From positions 64,001 through 128,000 of IMG/VR virus record IMGVR_UViG_2901201504_000001: DNA of 64,000 bases. One strand, written 5' to 3'. Shown here in pieces: positions 28,407 to 38,926 of this stretch. Numbering within the stretch: position 1 is the stretch's first letter; each line of letters begins with the position of its first letter. Source of the DNA: a virus (Duplodnaviria > Caudoviricetes). The position numbers and the translations under genes are program-made. The notes under the pieces are model-generated. The model was not told the origin of the DNA, made no database searches, and saw only the letters and a program-made list of their open reading frames with translations.

Positions 28407-29399
28407 ATGAACTTAAGTCATTTTGACTTTTATAATAGAGAATTGAAAGAAAAGTTTTTAGAACAATATAATGAAGAAACTGCAAGAACATATGCGTATA
28501 GTTTAGCTCGTTCAAGATTTGAGGAAGAATTGTTTGGGAAAGATTTATATAATTTTAATTTAGAACAAATCTCTAAGATATTACCTAAATTTAAGGCGTG
28601 CAATCTAAATGGTGTAAAAAAACATGCATTAATTATTGATCTATACATGACATGGGCTGCTGAGAATGGTTATAGAAATAGTAATATAAGTGTTTTAAAA
28701 GGTATGGATAATGAATTCTACGAGCGTTTTGTTATGAACAAGAAGATGTTTATAAATGAAGACGAATTAAAAGAATATGAAGATACGCTTGTGAATTATC
28801 AAGATAAGTTAACTTTGAGATTACCATATGAAGGTTTGACTGGTTACAAAATGTCCTTGATGAGAAATTTAAACATAAAGTGTTTTACTGACAAACCTAA
28901 TGTAATTAGATCAAAAGATGATAGAAAAGGCGAAAGAGAAATTGAAGTTAGTGACAGATGTATTGAATTTATTAAAAAAGGTATTGCAGAGGATATCTAT
29001 TATGCTAAAAACGGTGAATCTGAAGGATATATTAAAGAATTACCATTGACTAGGAATAACTATGTAATAAGAATTAATGCAAAAAAGAATAAGGAAAATT
29101 CAGAAATTGATACACATAACCTTCACAGAAGATTGAAAGCTATTAAAGAAGGTATAGATTTACCTGCAATAACATTTAAATCATTGGAGAGATCAGGAAT
29201 GATTGCGTTTGCAAAAGATTTATTTGTTGAAAGAGGAAAATTAGGAAAAGAAGAGTTCAATATTATTGGTGATCGATATGATTTAAGTAAATTACATGCA
29301 GGAGGAAAAGAGTATCATAATACAACTATGATGAAGACATATATTAACAGGGAAAATATTTTAGAGTTATATGGAATTGACATAGGTGAAAATAATTAA
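28407..29399 (+). CDS. yopR: Recombinase-fold master repressor, YopR/MrpR/SroF-like
   Basis: YNRELKEKFL...FEEELFGKDLYNF..., degenerate catalytic box KSLERSG; synteny. Confidence 0.78.
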   Translation: MNLSHFDFYNRELKEKFLEQYNEETARTYAYSLARSRFEEELFGKDLYNFNLEQISKILPKFKACNLNGVKKHALIIDLYMTWAAENGYRNSNISVLKGMDNEFYERFVMNKKMFINEDELKEYEDTLVNYQDKLTLRLPYEGLTGYKMSLMRNLNIKCFTDKPNVIRSKDDRKGEREIEVSDRCIEFIKKGIAEDIYYAKNGESEGYIKELPLTRNNYVIRINAKKNKENSEIDTHNLHRRLKAIKEGIDLPAITFKSLERSGMIAFAKDLFVERGKLGKEEFNIIGDRYDLSKLHAGGKEYHNTTMMKTYINRENILELYGIDIGENN

Positions 29400-29653
29400 A
29401 ATGGTATGTGAAAAATTAAATCACTATCACTGTAAGTCATGGTGCTTTAATTTTTCACCATACATAAATAAATTAAACTAAAAAATACTATTAAAGGAAA
29501 TAAACGCAATTTAACTATATCTATTGACCTATTTCTATATATTCACTAGGATAAAGTAATATTATAATGGAAAATCATAGGAAAATATTGTAGAATAAAG
29601 TAAGCGTTTATTGTTACTAGGAAAAAATAAATTAATTATGTATATTAAAAGGA

Positions 29654-29863
29654 TTACGGCCATTCATATAAATCATCAATAGTGCAATTCAACGCATTGG
29701 CTATAGTTTTAGCAGTCGCAAGAGACATTGTTCTTCTGTTTCTTACATAGCTATTTATTTCCTGTTTAGTTATACCTGTCATTCTTGATATATCAATTTG
29801 AGTTAGTTGAGATTTTTCGAGAATAGATTCTAATAAGCATTTCCCTACAGTCATTTTAGTCAT
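29654..29863 (-). CDS. yopS: XRE-family HTH regulator, YopS-like
   Basis: VGKCLL...LTQIDIS...MSLATAKTIANALNCTIDDLYEW; convergent with yopR. Confidence 0.8.
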   Translation of the reverse strand: MTKMTVGKCLLESILEKSQLTQIDISRMTGITKQEINSYVRNRRTMSLATAKTIANALNCTIDDLYEWP

Positions 29864-30056
29864 AAATTACCACCACCTTTTTTACATAATAACATAAAGA
29901 ATATTTCCTTGTAATATATGGTAGGGTATTATGGTTTGTAGTATAATAGAAAAAACAGGAACACTTGTTCGTCATTTTGGTAGTCACAGAACAAAGAAGA
30001 AATATAGATTACTAAAGTTTCAATATACAGGATTACATAACAAAGGAGACCTTTTA

Positions 30057-30293
30057 ATGGGAAATAAAGTATTAATTGACCTTTCATTGTCAGTTGAATT
30101 TACTGGGACAAACGAAGAAGCTGAATTTGTTGTTGAAGCACTAAATGAGATTTTGAATACATATGCTAGTAAATTACCAGTAAATAATAAAGAGAGGTTA
30201 ATTGACATACTATCTTTGGAGATTGATAGTATGGAAGAAGTCGAGGCTGCTGATGATTATGTAGCAGTTACGATCAAAGATATGAATGAGTAA
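30057..30293 (+). CDS. Hypothetical acidic protein
   Basis: RBS AAAGGAG before ATG 30057. Confidence 0.6.
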   Translation: MGNKVLIDLSLSVEFTGTNEEAEFVVEALNEILNTYASKLPVNNKERLIDILSLEIDSMEEVEAADDYVAVTIKDMNE

Positions 30294-30517
30294 AAATAAT
30301 GAAAGTGATTTAAATTGATTTAATAATAGCCCGTTGGGTAGTAAGGAAACTGACGGGTCTATTATTAGAAATTTTTGAAAAATAAGCTTTACAAATGAAT
30401 TAACATAATGTAACATTATAAATGTAGATAAAAAGGTTGTTTAAATCACAAACAAAAGTTAAATAACATAAAATAATAAAAATCACATTTTATTAGAAGT
30501 TAAGGGGAGGGAATAAC

Positions 30518-31063
30518 ATGAAAAACCTAATTAAAAGAGGAGAGATCGAAAGGCTGCAAAAGGAGTTTGCCAATATAAAAAGTACTAACTGGCACGAAAT
30601 TAATGTACCAAGAATGCTTGATACTTTAGAAATACTATTAAAGGAACCTATCAACGTCGATTATGCTGAATTAGCTTTTAAATATGAGAGCTTACTATTC
30701 TTTTATAAACAACAGATTACTGATGTGAAAAGATATAAAAGGCTTTTGTCAGGTTTAATGGAAGATATGGACTTTCAAATTGAAGAAAATGAAAAGATTG
30801 TATTGGCTAGGAGGAGAATTGATATGAAAGACTATTACGTTGAAGTTCCAGTAGTATTGAAATTAATGGTCGGAGTTAAAGCAGAAAATGAAAAGGATGC
30901 AATTGAAAAAGTATTTAATGAAGATATCATGATTAAAGCAGAAGAAGGAGATAACAGTACTCTTGAATGGCTGGAATACGAGTGGGAAATGTACTCAAAA
31001 GTTGTACAAGGAAATGTTTATTATGGTGGTATTAATGAAGCATATGCAGAAGAAGATGAATAA
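30518..31063 (+). CDS. Hypothetical protein, possibly two fused genes (second start 30823)
   Basis: Internal RBS AGGAGGAG before the in-frame ATG 30823. Confidence 0.6.
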   Translation: MKNLIKRGEIERLQKEFANIKSTNWHEINVPRMLDTLEILLKEPINVDYAELAFKYESLLFFYKQQITDVKRYKRLLSGLMEDMDFQIEENEKIVLARRRIDMKDYYVEVPVVLKLMVGVKAENEKDAIEKVFNEDIMIKAEEGDNSTLEWLEYEWEMYSKVVQGNVYYGGINEAYAEEDE

Positions 31064-31206
31064 AAGTGGAGGAGATCTTATTGAAAATAGAAAATGAGGT
31101 ATTGCCTGATTTATATTTAGAGACTGTTTATAACTACCTGGAAGAAACCACGAGCAAGATAGAATTCATTTTATCAGGCGGAGTCAGAAATAGGGGAAGG
31201 ACAAAG

Positions 31207-31743
31207 ATGAGAAATAAAAGCAAATTAATAACTAGTAAAGAAATTACAGAAGTGTTGAATTTACTACATAAAGATTATTCTGATCTAGGTATGACAATTT
31301 CTATTTATTCAAAGAAATATCAAGTGCTTCTCGATAGACTGAATCCTTATAAACTATACATAAATAAACATGTTGCTAATCAAGCTATGAATGGAACGAT
31401 TGTAGGTAATCATCGAGAAGGATTAATCTCAGTTTTTCCATTTAACTATAGTGTGAAAGGAGGATCATATGAATCAAAAAATTCTGTGAGGAAACTGATT
31501 GCACTTGGAGTCATTATTCATGAAATTCGACATGCTTATCAAAGGAAACATAAAGTTGAAAAATATACATCAGAAAAATTGAATGGTCATGGTTATGATA
31601 CTCAATGGGTAGAAAGAGACGCTAATAAGTTTACACAACGTTTTATGAATAGATATAGAAACAAAATAAACGAAATTCTTAAAATCAACAATTTAAATTG
31701 GGAATATCAATGGGATAGATTAAGAGTGGATGAGATTAACTAA
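31207..31743 (+). CDS. HEXXH zinc metallopeptidase-like protein
   Basis: IIHEIRHAYQ...WVERDA; RBS before ATG 31207 (track start is 31066). Confidence 0.7.
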   Translation: MRNKSKLITSKEITEVLNLLHKDYSDLGMTISIYSKKYQVLLDRLNPYKLYINKHVANQAMNGTIVGNHREGLISVFPFNYSVKGGSYESKNSVRKLIALGVIIHEIRHAYQRKHKVEKYTSEKLNGHGYDTQWVERDANKFTQRFMNRYRNKINEILKINNLNWEYQWDRLRVDEIN

Positions 31744-31797
31744 TAAAAGTGGAGTTTTATTTTAAAAATAAATTAATAGATAAAAGGGGATTTAGTA

Positions 31798-32190
31798 ATG
31801 AAACAACGAGTTTTTAAGAATGAAAAAGGTCAAGACTTAATCGTAAAGCATCGAAAGTCAGCAATCATTTTTGCAGTTGAAGAAGTTAAAAAAGATATGA
31901 AGCCTGATTTTCGCTTTTATTTTTCAACCCAAACGTTTAAAGAATTTGCATCGTATATCGAAGAAATTTCGAATAAAGCATGGGCAGCTATTACTCCAAA
32001 AGAAGCACATAGTTTGGCTACTGATTATTATGAGTATTATGATCGAGAGTTCGACAATAATGGTTATCTAAGTATAGTAGAAGACGGTCTATCTGTTGAA
32101 GGTCCATACACTACGACAGCAAAGCTATACCAATTCAACAAATCAAAAATTCAATCATTCATTTATGACTTGCGAAAGAAATTAAAATAA
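31798..32190 (+). CDS. Hypothetical phage protein
   Basis: RBS AAGGGGG. Confidence 0.7.
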   Translation: MKQRVFKNEKGQDLIVKHRKSAIIFAVEEVKKDMKPDFRFYFSTQTFKEFASYIEEISNKAWAAITPKEAHSLATDYYEYYDREFDNNGYLSIVEDGLSVEGPYTTTAKLYQFNKSKIQSFIYDLRKKLK

Positions 32191-32208
32191 CCCCATCATA
32201 AGACAGGG

Positions 32209-32436
32209 TTAGATGTTCTTTTTCATACCACATTTACGGCATTCACGTAATAATTTGGTGTTTGCGATGCTACTTTGAAAATGTGAGTTACCACAATTAT
32301 CACATCGACCAGATACAATATCTGGCTGATCTTGGTATTCATAGATAAAATCAGTACTAAATGTTCCATAATAATCTTCAGGTACTTTAGTTATTACGGT
32401 TTCATCTTGTTGCACTTCTTCAGACAATATAATCAC
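32209..32436 (-). CDS. Zinc-ribbon protein
   Basis: CDNC...CRKC. Confidence 0.7.
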   Translation of the reverse strand: MIILSEEVQQDETVITKVPEDYYGTFSTDFIYEYQDQPDIVSGRCDNCGNSHFQSSIANTKLLRECRKCGMKKNI

Positions 32437-32705
32437 CTACATAATTGTAATACCTAAAGTATAACAAAATTAGCGTGCTCTTTGAATAAGAGTAGAGGGA
32501 TTGTTTATACGAGAAATTAACGTCAGAAGATACTTAAAGTATTTCATTCAAATTAAAAGACGAATTTTAAAGGAAGTTAAAACAAATATACTATGGTAGT
32601 AATAAAAGAAAAACAAATAATTCGAATAAGTGTCACTAATTGTAATAATAATGTGCCATATCTCCTATTACAATAGTAATATACAAGAATAAGGAGATAG
32701 TAAAT

Positions 32706-32858
32706 ATGAAAATTTCACAGTGGTTAGAAGACTATGCTGGTATATCTATTATCAAATTAAGAAAAATGAGATTATCAAATGAGGAGTGGCAGATAATTTG
32801 CGAAGAGTATGAAAAATATTGTGAATCTAAAAATATTAAACCTGATTATGATAGGTAA
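32706..32858 (+). CDS. 50-aa hypothetical protein (not in the ORF track)
   Basis: RBS AAGGAG; MKISQWLEDY...PDYDR. Confidence 0.55.
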   Translation: MKISQWLEDYAGISIIKLRKMRLSNEEWQIICEEYEKYCESKNIKPDYDR

Positions 32859-32889
32859 AGAATAAAATTTTAAACAAAGGGGATGAATT

Positions 32890-33153
32890 ATGTATCGTTC
32901 TGAAGAAATTCAAAGAGCAATTGATTTAAAGAATGATTTGAAATATCACAAGGATAACAATGAGGAACAGATTATTTATGAAAGAGATTTAGAAACATTG
33001 GATTGGTTAATTGAGCAAGCAAAGAGAGCTGGAGTTTATAGAGCTGCGTTAACTAGTATTAAACAAAAAGAAGTAGAACCTGTCTTTTATGCTACATCGA
33101 CTTTATTTGAAGTAGATCAGTGGTTCGAATTTAAGAAGAATAGAAATAGATAA
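32890..33153 (+). CDS. Hypothetical phage protein
   Basis: DWLIEQA motif; stop lies in palindrome 33150. Confidence 0.65.
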   Translation: MYRSEEIQRAIDLKNDLKYHKDNNEEQIIYERDLETLDWLIEQAKRAGVYRAALTSIKQKEVEPVFYATSTLFEVDQWFEFKKNRNR

Positions 33154-33306
33154 AATCTTGAATTTAAGTGGAAATATTTCTTGGGAAAGCGCAGGATTAG
33201 ACAGGAAATTAATTATAATAGCGAAAACTGTCTATTTATGAAATGATACTTGAATTTATGTATGTATAGTTTTGTATAATTAAGAAAAAAGTGAAGAGGT
33301 TGTATT

Positions 33307-33741
33307 ATGTTAATTGATTCGTATAGAACATTATTAGAAAATGAAGGCTTCCTACCATTAGAAAATAATCATAATTGGAATACTGTAGAAGTTGATCACA
33401 CTCAAAGTTTTATTAATAAAGGGTGTAAAGTAACCGACAACACAGGAATCTATATTTATATGACTACTGATGGTATTGTTCAGTATGTTGGTGAAGGAAA
33501 AATTAACTCTAGAATGAATAGACATTACTTAAAGTTAACAAAAACTACGAAAGGTAGTACTTATCCACCGAGACATGAGTTCTTCAAACAGTTGCAATGT
33601 AAAATGAATGTATTTTATAGAGAAACACCTGACATGGACAAACAAGACAGAGAAGCTATTGAAGCCATGCTTACTAAAGTTTTGCAGCCTGAATATAAAA
33701 AATGGCTATTACAGCGCAAAGCAAAACCAATTATCGAATAA
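33307..33741 (+). CDS. GIY-YIG nuclease
   Basis: GIYIY...YVGEG...RMNRH...EAIEA; bounded by palindromes 33150 and 33738. Confidence 0.78.
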   Translation: MLIDSYRTLLENEGFLPLENNHNWNTVEVDHTQSFINKGCKVTDNTGIYIYMTTDGIVQYVGEGKINSRMNRHYLKLTKTTKGSTYPPRHEFFKQLQCKMNVFYRETPDMDKQDREAIEAMLTKVLQPEYKKWLLQRKAKPIIE

Positions 33742-33766
33742 AATTTTTCTTTCAATGGAGGTCAGC

Positions 33767-33955
33767 ATGGACAAAAATAATTTTGACTTAGATAAAATTA
33801 AAGCTGCCGCAGATGAATTAGGAATTGAACTTACTGTTAATTCAGATAATCCTGGCATTCATTTTATGTCTGAAGAAGGAGAGATTTTACACAGTCTAAG
33901 TTGTGATCGATTTGAAGAGCTAGTAGAAGAGGTATTTGGATTTAAATTTAAATAA
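33767..33955 (+). CDS. Hypothetical protein
   Basis: RBS GGAGG before ATG 33767; between palindromes 33738 and 33952. Confidence 0.65.
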   Translation: MDKNNFDLDKIKAAADELGIELTVNSDNPGIHFMSEEGEILHSLSCDRFEELVEEVFGFKFK

Positions 33956-33986
33956 AATGTGTCTTTTAATGGGAGATGGATTGTAA

Positions 33987-34334
33987 TTGATTAAGGAATT
34001 TGATTCAAATTTTTATAATAAATACCCTAGAGTTTACACAACAGCAGAAAGTTACGGATTTAATATTAATGACATTGATTACTTTATAAACACTATACAT
34101 GAAAAATTACATTTGAATACACATTTCAAGTCAAAAGAGATGTTACAAGTGTATTTAAAAGCTTTAATAGTTAGATTAGATATGAGAAAAGATGAGTTTT
34201 GTAAATATGTATTTGAACTGTCTAAGAAACAGACCAAGCATAATGAATTAGATTTCAGGGATAAAGTAGGTGCTTATCAATCTTACATACTGTGGGCATT
34301 AATCGAAGATATAAATGATAAACGAATAAAATAG
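33987..34334 (+). CDS. Hypothetical protein
   Basis: Between palindromes 33952 and 34326. Confidence 0.65.
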   Translation: MIKEFDSNFYNKYPRVYTTAESYGFNINDIDYFINTIHEKLHLNTHFKSKEMLQVYLKALIVRLDMRKDEFCKYVFELSKKQTKHNELDFRDKVGAYQSYILWALIEDINDKRIK

Positions 34335-34393
34335 TTGTTTTATAACCTTTAAAAATGAATTAATACATAAAAATAATTATAAGGAGAGATAAT

Positions 34394-35011
34394 ATGAATG
34401 AGATTGTTCCGTATGATATAGGTGATTATTTGCAACTAAGACAGTTAGATGAGTTTATGATTGGACATAAAGGATATATAGCTGGAGGTGTATTCAAAAA
34501 TATTTTTAATCATGAATCTTATAAAGATGTAGACGTATTCTTTGAAAACGAGGCGGATTATACAGTAGCAAGAAAGATGTTTTCAGATAGCAACGATTAT
34601 TCATTCAAGTATCAAAATGATAAAGTAATTGCATTTATACATAATAAGCGTGGTGTTGTAGTAGAGCTAATCAAATACATGTATTCGAAACCAGTTGATC
34701 TATTACATACATTTGATTTTACTATTACTAAATTTGTCTACTTTAAAGAGATTAAAGATGAAGAGGTAGAGTGGAAAGTAGCATTTCATAATAAGTTTTT
34801 TGAGCATTTACATATGAAGAGATTAGTTATTGATAATGAAGTTAATGAGATTAGTAAGCCAGTAAATACTTTTAATCGAATGTTCCGTTATGGAAAGTAT
34901 GGTTATTTCCCATGTAGAGGGACGAAGTCAAAAATAATAGACTCATTGAGAAATTTACCTGCATTCAATGATGAGGATTTGTCACTCGAACTATACAACG
35001 GGTTAGATTAA
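34394..35011 (+). CDS. Nucleotidyltransferase-fold protein
   Basis: YIAGGVFK...KDVDVFF...FDFT. Confidence 0.65.
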   Translation: MNEIVPYDIGDYLQLRQLDEFMIGHKGYIAGGVFKNIFNHESYKDVDVFFENEADYTVARKMFSDSNDYSFKYQNDKVIAFIHNKRGVVVELIKYMYSKPVDLLHTFDFTITKFVYFKEIKDEEVEWKVAFHNKFFEHLHMKRLVIDNEVNEISKPVNTFNRMFRYGKYGYFPCRGTKSKIIDSLRNLPAFNDEDLSLELYNGLD

Positions 35012-35071
35012 AAAATAAAACAAAATTAATATAAAAGTTAAATTTCATTCGGTATATTAGGAGGAATACAT

Positions 35072-35623
35072 ATGGAAAAAGTGAAAATTACGAGAGAACA
35101 AAAGGAAGCATTAGTACAAATCAATCTAGATTACGGTAGAAATGCATTTAGTAATTTTATGGGCGGTTGGAGAGAAACTGATCCAAATTATAAGGTGTTT
35201 AAAGATTTCACTCCCGAACAGTTTATGAAACTTACTTGTGATTGGTACGAAGTTGAAGGAGTGTTTCAAGTTGGGGATTGGGTTTGTGATACAGAATTAG
35301 AGCTAAATAAGTGTATATTTTATAAAATTGATCGTATCGACGATGAACATACTATTTTTACAAATGGTGAATGGGAATCCACAAACAATGTGAATGACTA
35401 CTTTGAGAAAGTAACTGAACCGTGGAAAATCATGCTGCTTGAATTAGGTCGTGAGAAACCAGAATTTAAAGTAAATGATGTATATATCATGAGTTGTGGC
35501 ACACCTTGTAGAATTAAAAACGAAAGAGGGTTCATAACAATCAAGAACGATTTGGAAGCTGGTAGAGTTATTGGTTTTCATTCAATGGAATCACGAATTG
35601 AGGTGAACGCTTGTGGAAAATAA
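35072..35623 (+). CDS. Hypothetical phage protein
   Basis: RBS AGGAGG. Confidence 0.7.
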   Translation: MEKVKITREQKEALVQINLDYGRNAFSNFMGGWRETDPNYKVFKDFTPEQFMKLTCDWYEVEGVFQVGDWVCDTELELNKCIFYKIDRIDDEHTIFTNGEWESTNNVNDYFEKVTEPWKIMLLELGREKPEFKVNDVYIMSCGTPCRIKNERGFITIKNDLEAGRVIGFHSMESRIEVNACGK

Positions 35624-36785
35624 GAAGGTATTTCATGATACTGTTTCATCTAATGGTACATATATAGGGGTTAGAGTTCCTTCTGAAACTTCACATCCAA
35701 CTTTAGAAAGTATTTTCAGAATGATGAGAAAGCGAGGTTGGTTTATTCAAACAGATCAAAGAGTATTGAAGGATTATCCAACTATAGCAAAAGATTATTT
35801 TGAAGGAAGAAAAGGAGATTTGTTTTTTGAATCTCACAGATATCCAACAGGATTTGAGATTGAGTTTTACCAAGATAAAAATACAATAAATAAAAATGGT
35901 GGTAGATATGATTTTAGTAAACTAAAACTAATGCCATATTTAATTCGTTGTAGCTTTTTGGTTGAATTAAACTACATAAAAGAATTGTTATTAGATGAAG
36001 ACTACATAGACAACAGTGAACCGGTTATTAAAACGTCATATGAAAAAATAATGCATCGTATCAAATCATGTTGGCACTATAAAGATGGAAAAGAGTTACC
36101 GGAATACGATTTACCAGAGTATAACTGTACTGATAAAGATGGTAAAAGGATTAGAAATGGACAAGTGAAGTACTTCCGTGATCATAAAGGACGATTACAA
36201 AAGGGCACAGTCTATCACAATATTAATAACATGTGGTGGACAATCATTAATAAATACGAGTATACAAACATAGCAGATTTCGAACTGTTTGATTTAGATA
36301 GTGAAGAGAATAGAGCAAGAAAATATATAAAACCATCTGGATTGCATAATTCCAAAGCTAGATTGAAGCCATCTGATGAACAGTATGAAGCCTGGAGAAA
36401 AGAGATTAAAAAGGGCGGTGTTATTAAAAGGATCGAACTAGCAAATGATTTTTTAAATTACTTATATGAAATTGATTGGATTACACATAAATATGAGTTT
36501 TACGTAAAAGACAATGGAAGATTAGGTATGTTTGAGTTAGAAAACAGAGTATGGGGAAACCACAAAGTATTTGATAATCCTGAACCAATAAAGTTATATT
36601 CTAAGCGATTACCTATGTCATCTACAGAAAGCGGTTGGATTGTAGGATTGAGAAATTATGTTACTTCAGGTAAGACTAGTTTATCTAACTGGTTCTGTAA
36701 AGACAGTAATGGGTATGGTTCAACAAGACATAAATGGCCAGATGTACGAGAAAAGGCATGGAGAATTACAGCTTTAGCAATCTAA
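35613..36785 (+). CDS. Hypothetical phage protein
   Basis: 390 aa ORF; NKNGGRYDF and HNINNMWW motifs. Confidence 0.8.
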   Translation: MENKKVFHDTVSSNGTYIGVRVPSETSHPTLESIFRMMRKRGWFIQTDQRVLKDYPTIAKDYFEGRKGDLFFESHRYPTGFEIEFYQDKNTINKNGGRYDFSKLKLMPYLIRCSFLVELNYIKELLLDEDYIDNSEPVIKTSYEKIMHRIKSCWHYKDGKELPEYDLPEYNCTDKDGKRIRNGQVKYFRDHKGRLQKGTVYHNINNMWWTIINKYEYTNIADFELFDLDSEENRARKYIKPSGLHNSKARLKPSDEQYEAWRKEIKKGGVIKRIELANDFLNYLYEIDWITHKYEFYVKDNGRLGMFELENRVWGNHKVFDNPEPIKLYSKRLPMSSTESGWIVGLRNYVTSGKTSLSNWFCKDSNGYGSTRHKWPDVREKAWRITALAI

Positions 36786-36843
36786 CAACTAATAAAACTT
36801 AGGTTTTAATTGAAATAAATTAATATGAAAAGGGGGTAATAAT

Positions 36844-37098
36844 ATGATGAAATACAGAAAGAAACCAGTAGTAGTTGAAGCTATGCAATTTGTAGACGGT
36901 AATAAAGATCGGGTTTATAACTGGGTAACTGGTAATAGATATGCTGATTTCGATAACGGTAAACCTATATTAAAAATACAAACTCTAGAGGGAATTATGA
37001 TTGCTCGTTTAGGTGACTACGTTATCAAAGGTGTGAAAAATGAATTCTATCCATGTAAGCCTGATATATTTGAAGCTACATACGAATCAGTAGATTAA
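36844..37098 (+). CDS. Conserved small phage protein (PGDYG-like)
   Basis: YRKKPVVVEA...TLEG...GDYVIKG...EFYPCKPDIF. Confidence 0.75.
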   Translation: MMKYRKKPVVVEAMQFVDGNKDRVYNWVTGNRYADFDNGKPILKIQTLEGIMIARLGDYVIKGVKNEFYPCKPDIFEATYESVD

Positions 37099-37149
37099 TA
37101 TAAAATTTGGTTTTTATCGAAAAATAATAAATTAATATTGGAGGAATTA

Positions 37150-37551
37150 ATGTTGAGAAAGATTAAGTTTAGAGCATGGGAACCTTGTAATAAGAAAATG
37201 TACTATTTAGATTTGGCATTATATAAGTTTAACCCTAACAGTATAAATAGTCATAGCTTTGTATTACCGCCTGAAAGACAGGGGCTGCATAATGCATATA
37301 CATCAATGAATTTAGATGCAGTAGAGGTAATGCAATATACGGGATTAAAAGACAAGAATGGTAAGGATATTTATGAAGGAGATTTATTAAAAGATGATTC
37401 AGGCATTGGTTGTGTCACATGGGTTCAGGAACATTGTGCATTCCTGATATTTGTCTCAGATCAAGCGAGATATTATTTACTAGAATCCGATGGACAATTG
37501 ATTAGTTCTGAAGTTATCGGGAACGTATTTGAAAAACCAGAGTTAAAGTAA
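37150..37551 (+). CDS. yopX: YopX family protein
   Basis: IKFRAW...MQYTGLKDKNGKDIYEGD...EVIGNVFE. Confidence 0.9.
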   Translation: MLRKIKFRAWEPCNKKMYYLDLALYKFNPNSINSHSFVLPPERQGLHNAYTSMNLDAVEVMQYTGLKDKNGKDIYEGDLLKDDSGIGCVTWVQEHCAFLIFVSDQARYYLLESDGQLISSEVIGNVFEKPELK

Positions 37552-37629
37552 AATTACCATTTTATTTAGTAGTTAAGAGGATATATAGTATATTAGATTT
37601 ATGAAAAATTAGAGTCTAAGGGGTAAAAA

Positions 37630-38114
37630 ATGGAAAAATATTATTTGATAAGACAATTACTGTTGCAGCTACAACAACGATAATAACATTTTTATTGTTG
37701 CATTTTGTTATTGAGCCAATAAAAAGGAAAAAAGAATATAAAAAGGAGAGATTGAAAAATTTATATGCACCTTTGTATGTATTGATATCTCAGAAGATTG
37801 TAATTGGAAATCATGTGAATGAAAAGGTTAATTCCCAAAAGAAGATTGTCTTTGGAGGAAAAAGCGGATTAGAATTTACACATGACGAATACATAATGAA
37901 GTTTTTTATGGAAAAATCTTCGTATGCCAGTTTGGAATTAACTGATGAGTTTAATAAATACTACAGCAAGAAATTATTAGGGGATGTTCGAGACTTATCT
38001 GCAGAACCGATAATGATATTAGTTGTAAAAGAATACAATCAGTTAAGAAAAGACTTAAAACTAGGCTATGATAAAGCTGAATTAAAAACTGGAGAGTTGA
38101 AAATATTGAAATAA
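37630..38114 (+). pseudogene. Membrane-anchored protein with a 1-bp frameshift near the start
   Basis: RBS and ATG 37630 are out of frame; adding one A to the A5 run gives MEKILFDKTITVAATTTIITFLLLHFVIEP... Confidence 0.6.
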
Positions 38115-38211
38115 GAAATAGAGGTGTGGATTATTAATTTAATCTCACACCTTATAAAGATAAATTAATATAAAATAATGTTTTTATTTGAAGAAAAAGG
38201 AGGAATTTAAG

Positions 38212-38403
38212 TTGCATAAATATTTTATATCTTACGTTTTTAGTATTGGACATCCTAATCACGGATTCGGAAATATAGAGACGAAATATGGTAAAGAAAT
38301 TGAATCTATGGATGATATTAATTTAATCAGTAGAAGCATTGAAAGAGATACTAGGCTTAAAGAAAACTCATTAGTTATCTTACATTATATCAAATTAAAC
38401 TAA
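38212..38403 (+). CDS. Hypothetical phage protein
   Basis: RBS AGGAGG before TTG 38212. Confidence 0.6.
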   Translation: MHKYFISYVFSIGHPNHGFGNIETKYGKEIESMDDINLISRSIERDTRLKENSLVILHYIKLN

Positions 38404-38641
38404 TGTTACGGTTCGGTTTATGAAAATACCTAATAAGATAAAATAAAAGGATACTTTTATAAAAGGGTAAAACCAGCCAAATAATTGACTGGTTTCATGT
38501 GGGAGACTTCGTGTGAAAGAACAAAGCTTTAAACTTCTTTATTATCATAAAATATAAATTTTACTAAACTATTAACAAATTTTAAAATGTCTATTAATCT
38601 TTGAAAAAAGTTAATAAAAACAAAAATGAAAGGAGACGGTT

Positions 38642-38851
38642 ATGGATTTGGATATTAATAAGTTAATAAACAGTGATTTTGAGATGCTCAAGAAGCTTGG
38701 GTGGTTGCTATATCATAGGGAAGATCAAAACGGTGGTTTGAATTTAGAAGAAATACATAATTTGTTGAGCATAGTAACTGTTGGAGCAATTGAAAAGGTG
38801 TATGAAAACGGCTTTAGTGATGGAATAAGTGAAGCGATAAGCGGCCATTAA
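38642..38851 (+). CDS. Hypothetical protein
   Basis: RBS AAAGGAG; stop lies in palindrome 38848. Confidence 0.65.
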   Translation: MDLDINKLINSDFEMLKKLGWLLYHREDQNGGLNLEEIHNLLSIVTVGAIEKVYENGFSDGISEAISGH

Positions 38852-38926
38852 AACATAGATTTTATTCATTAGTTTATAAACTGTTTTTGTATTATGTTTC
38901 CTAAAAATTATTGAGGAGGAATAATC

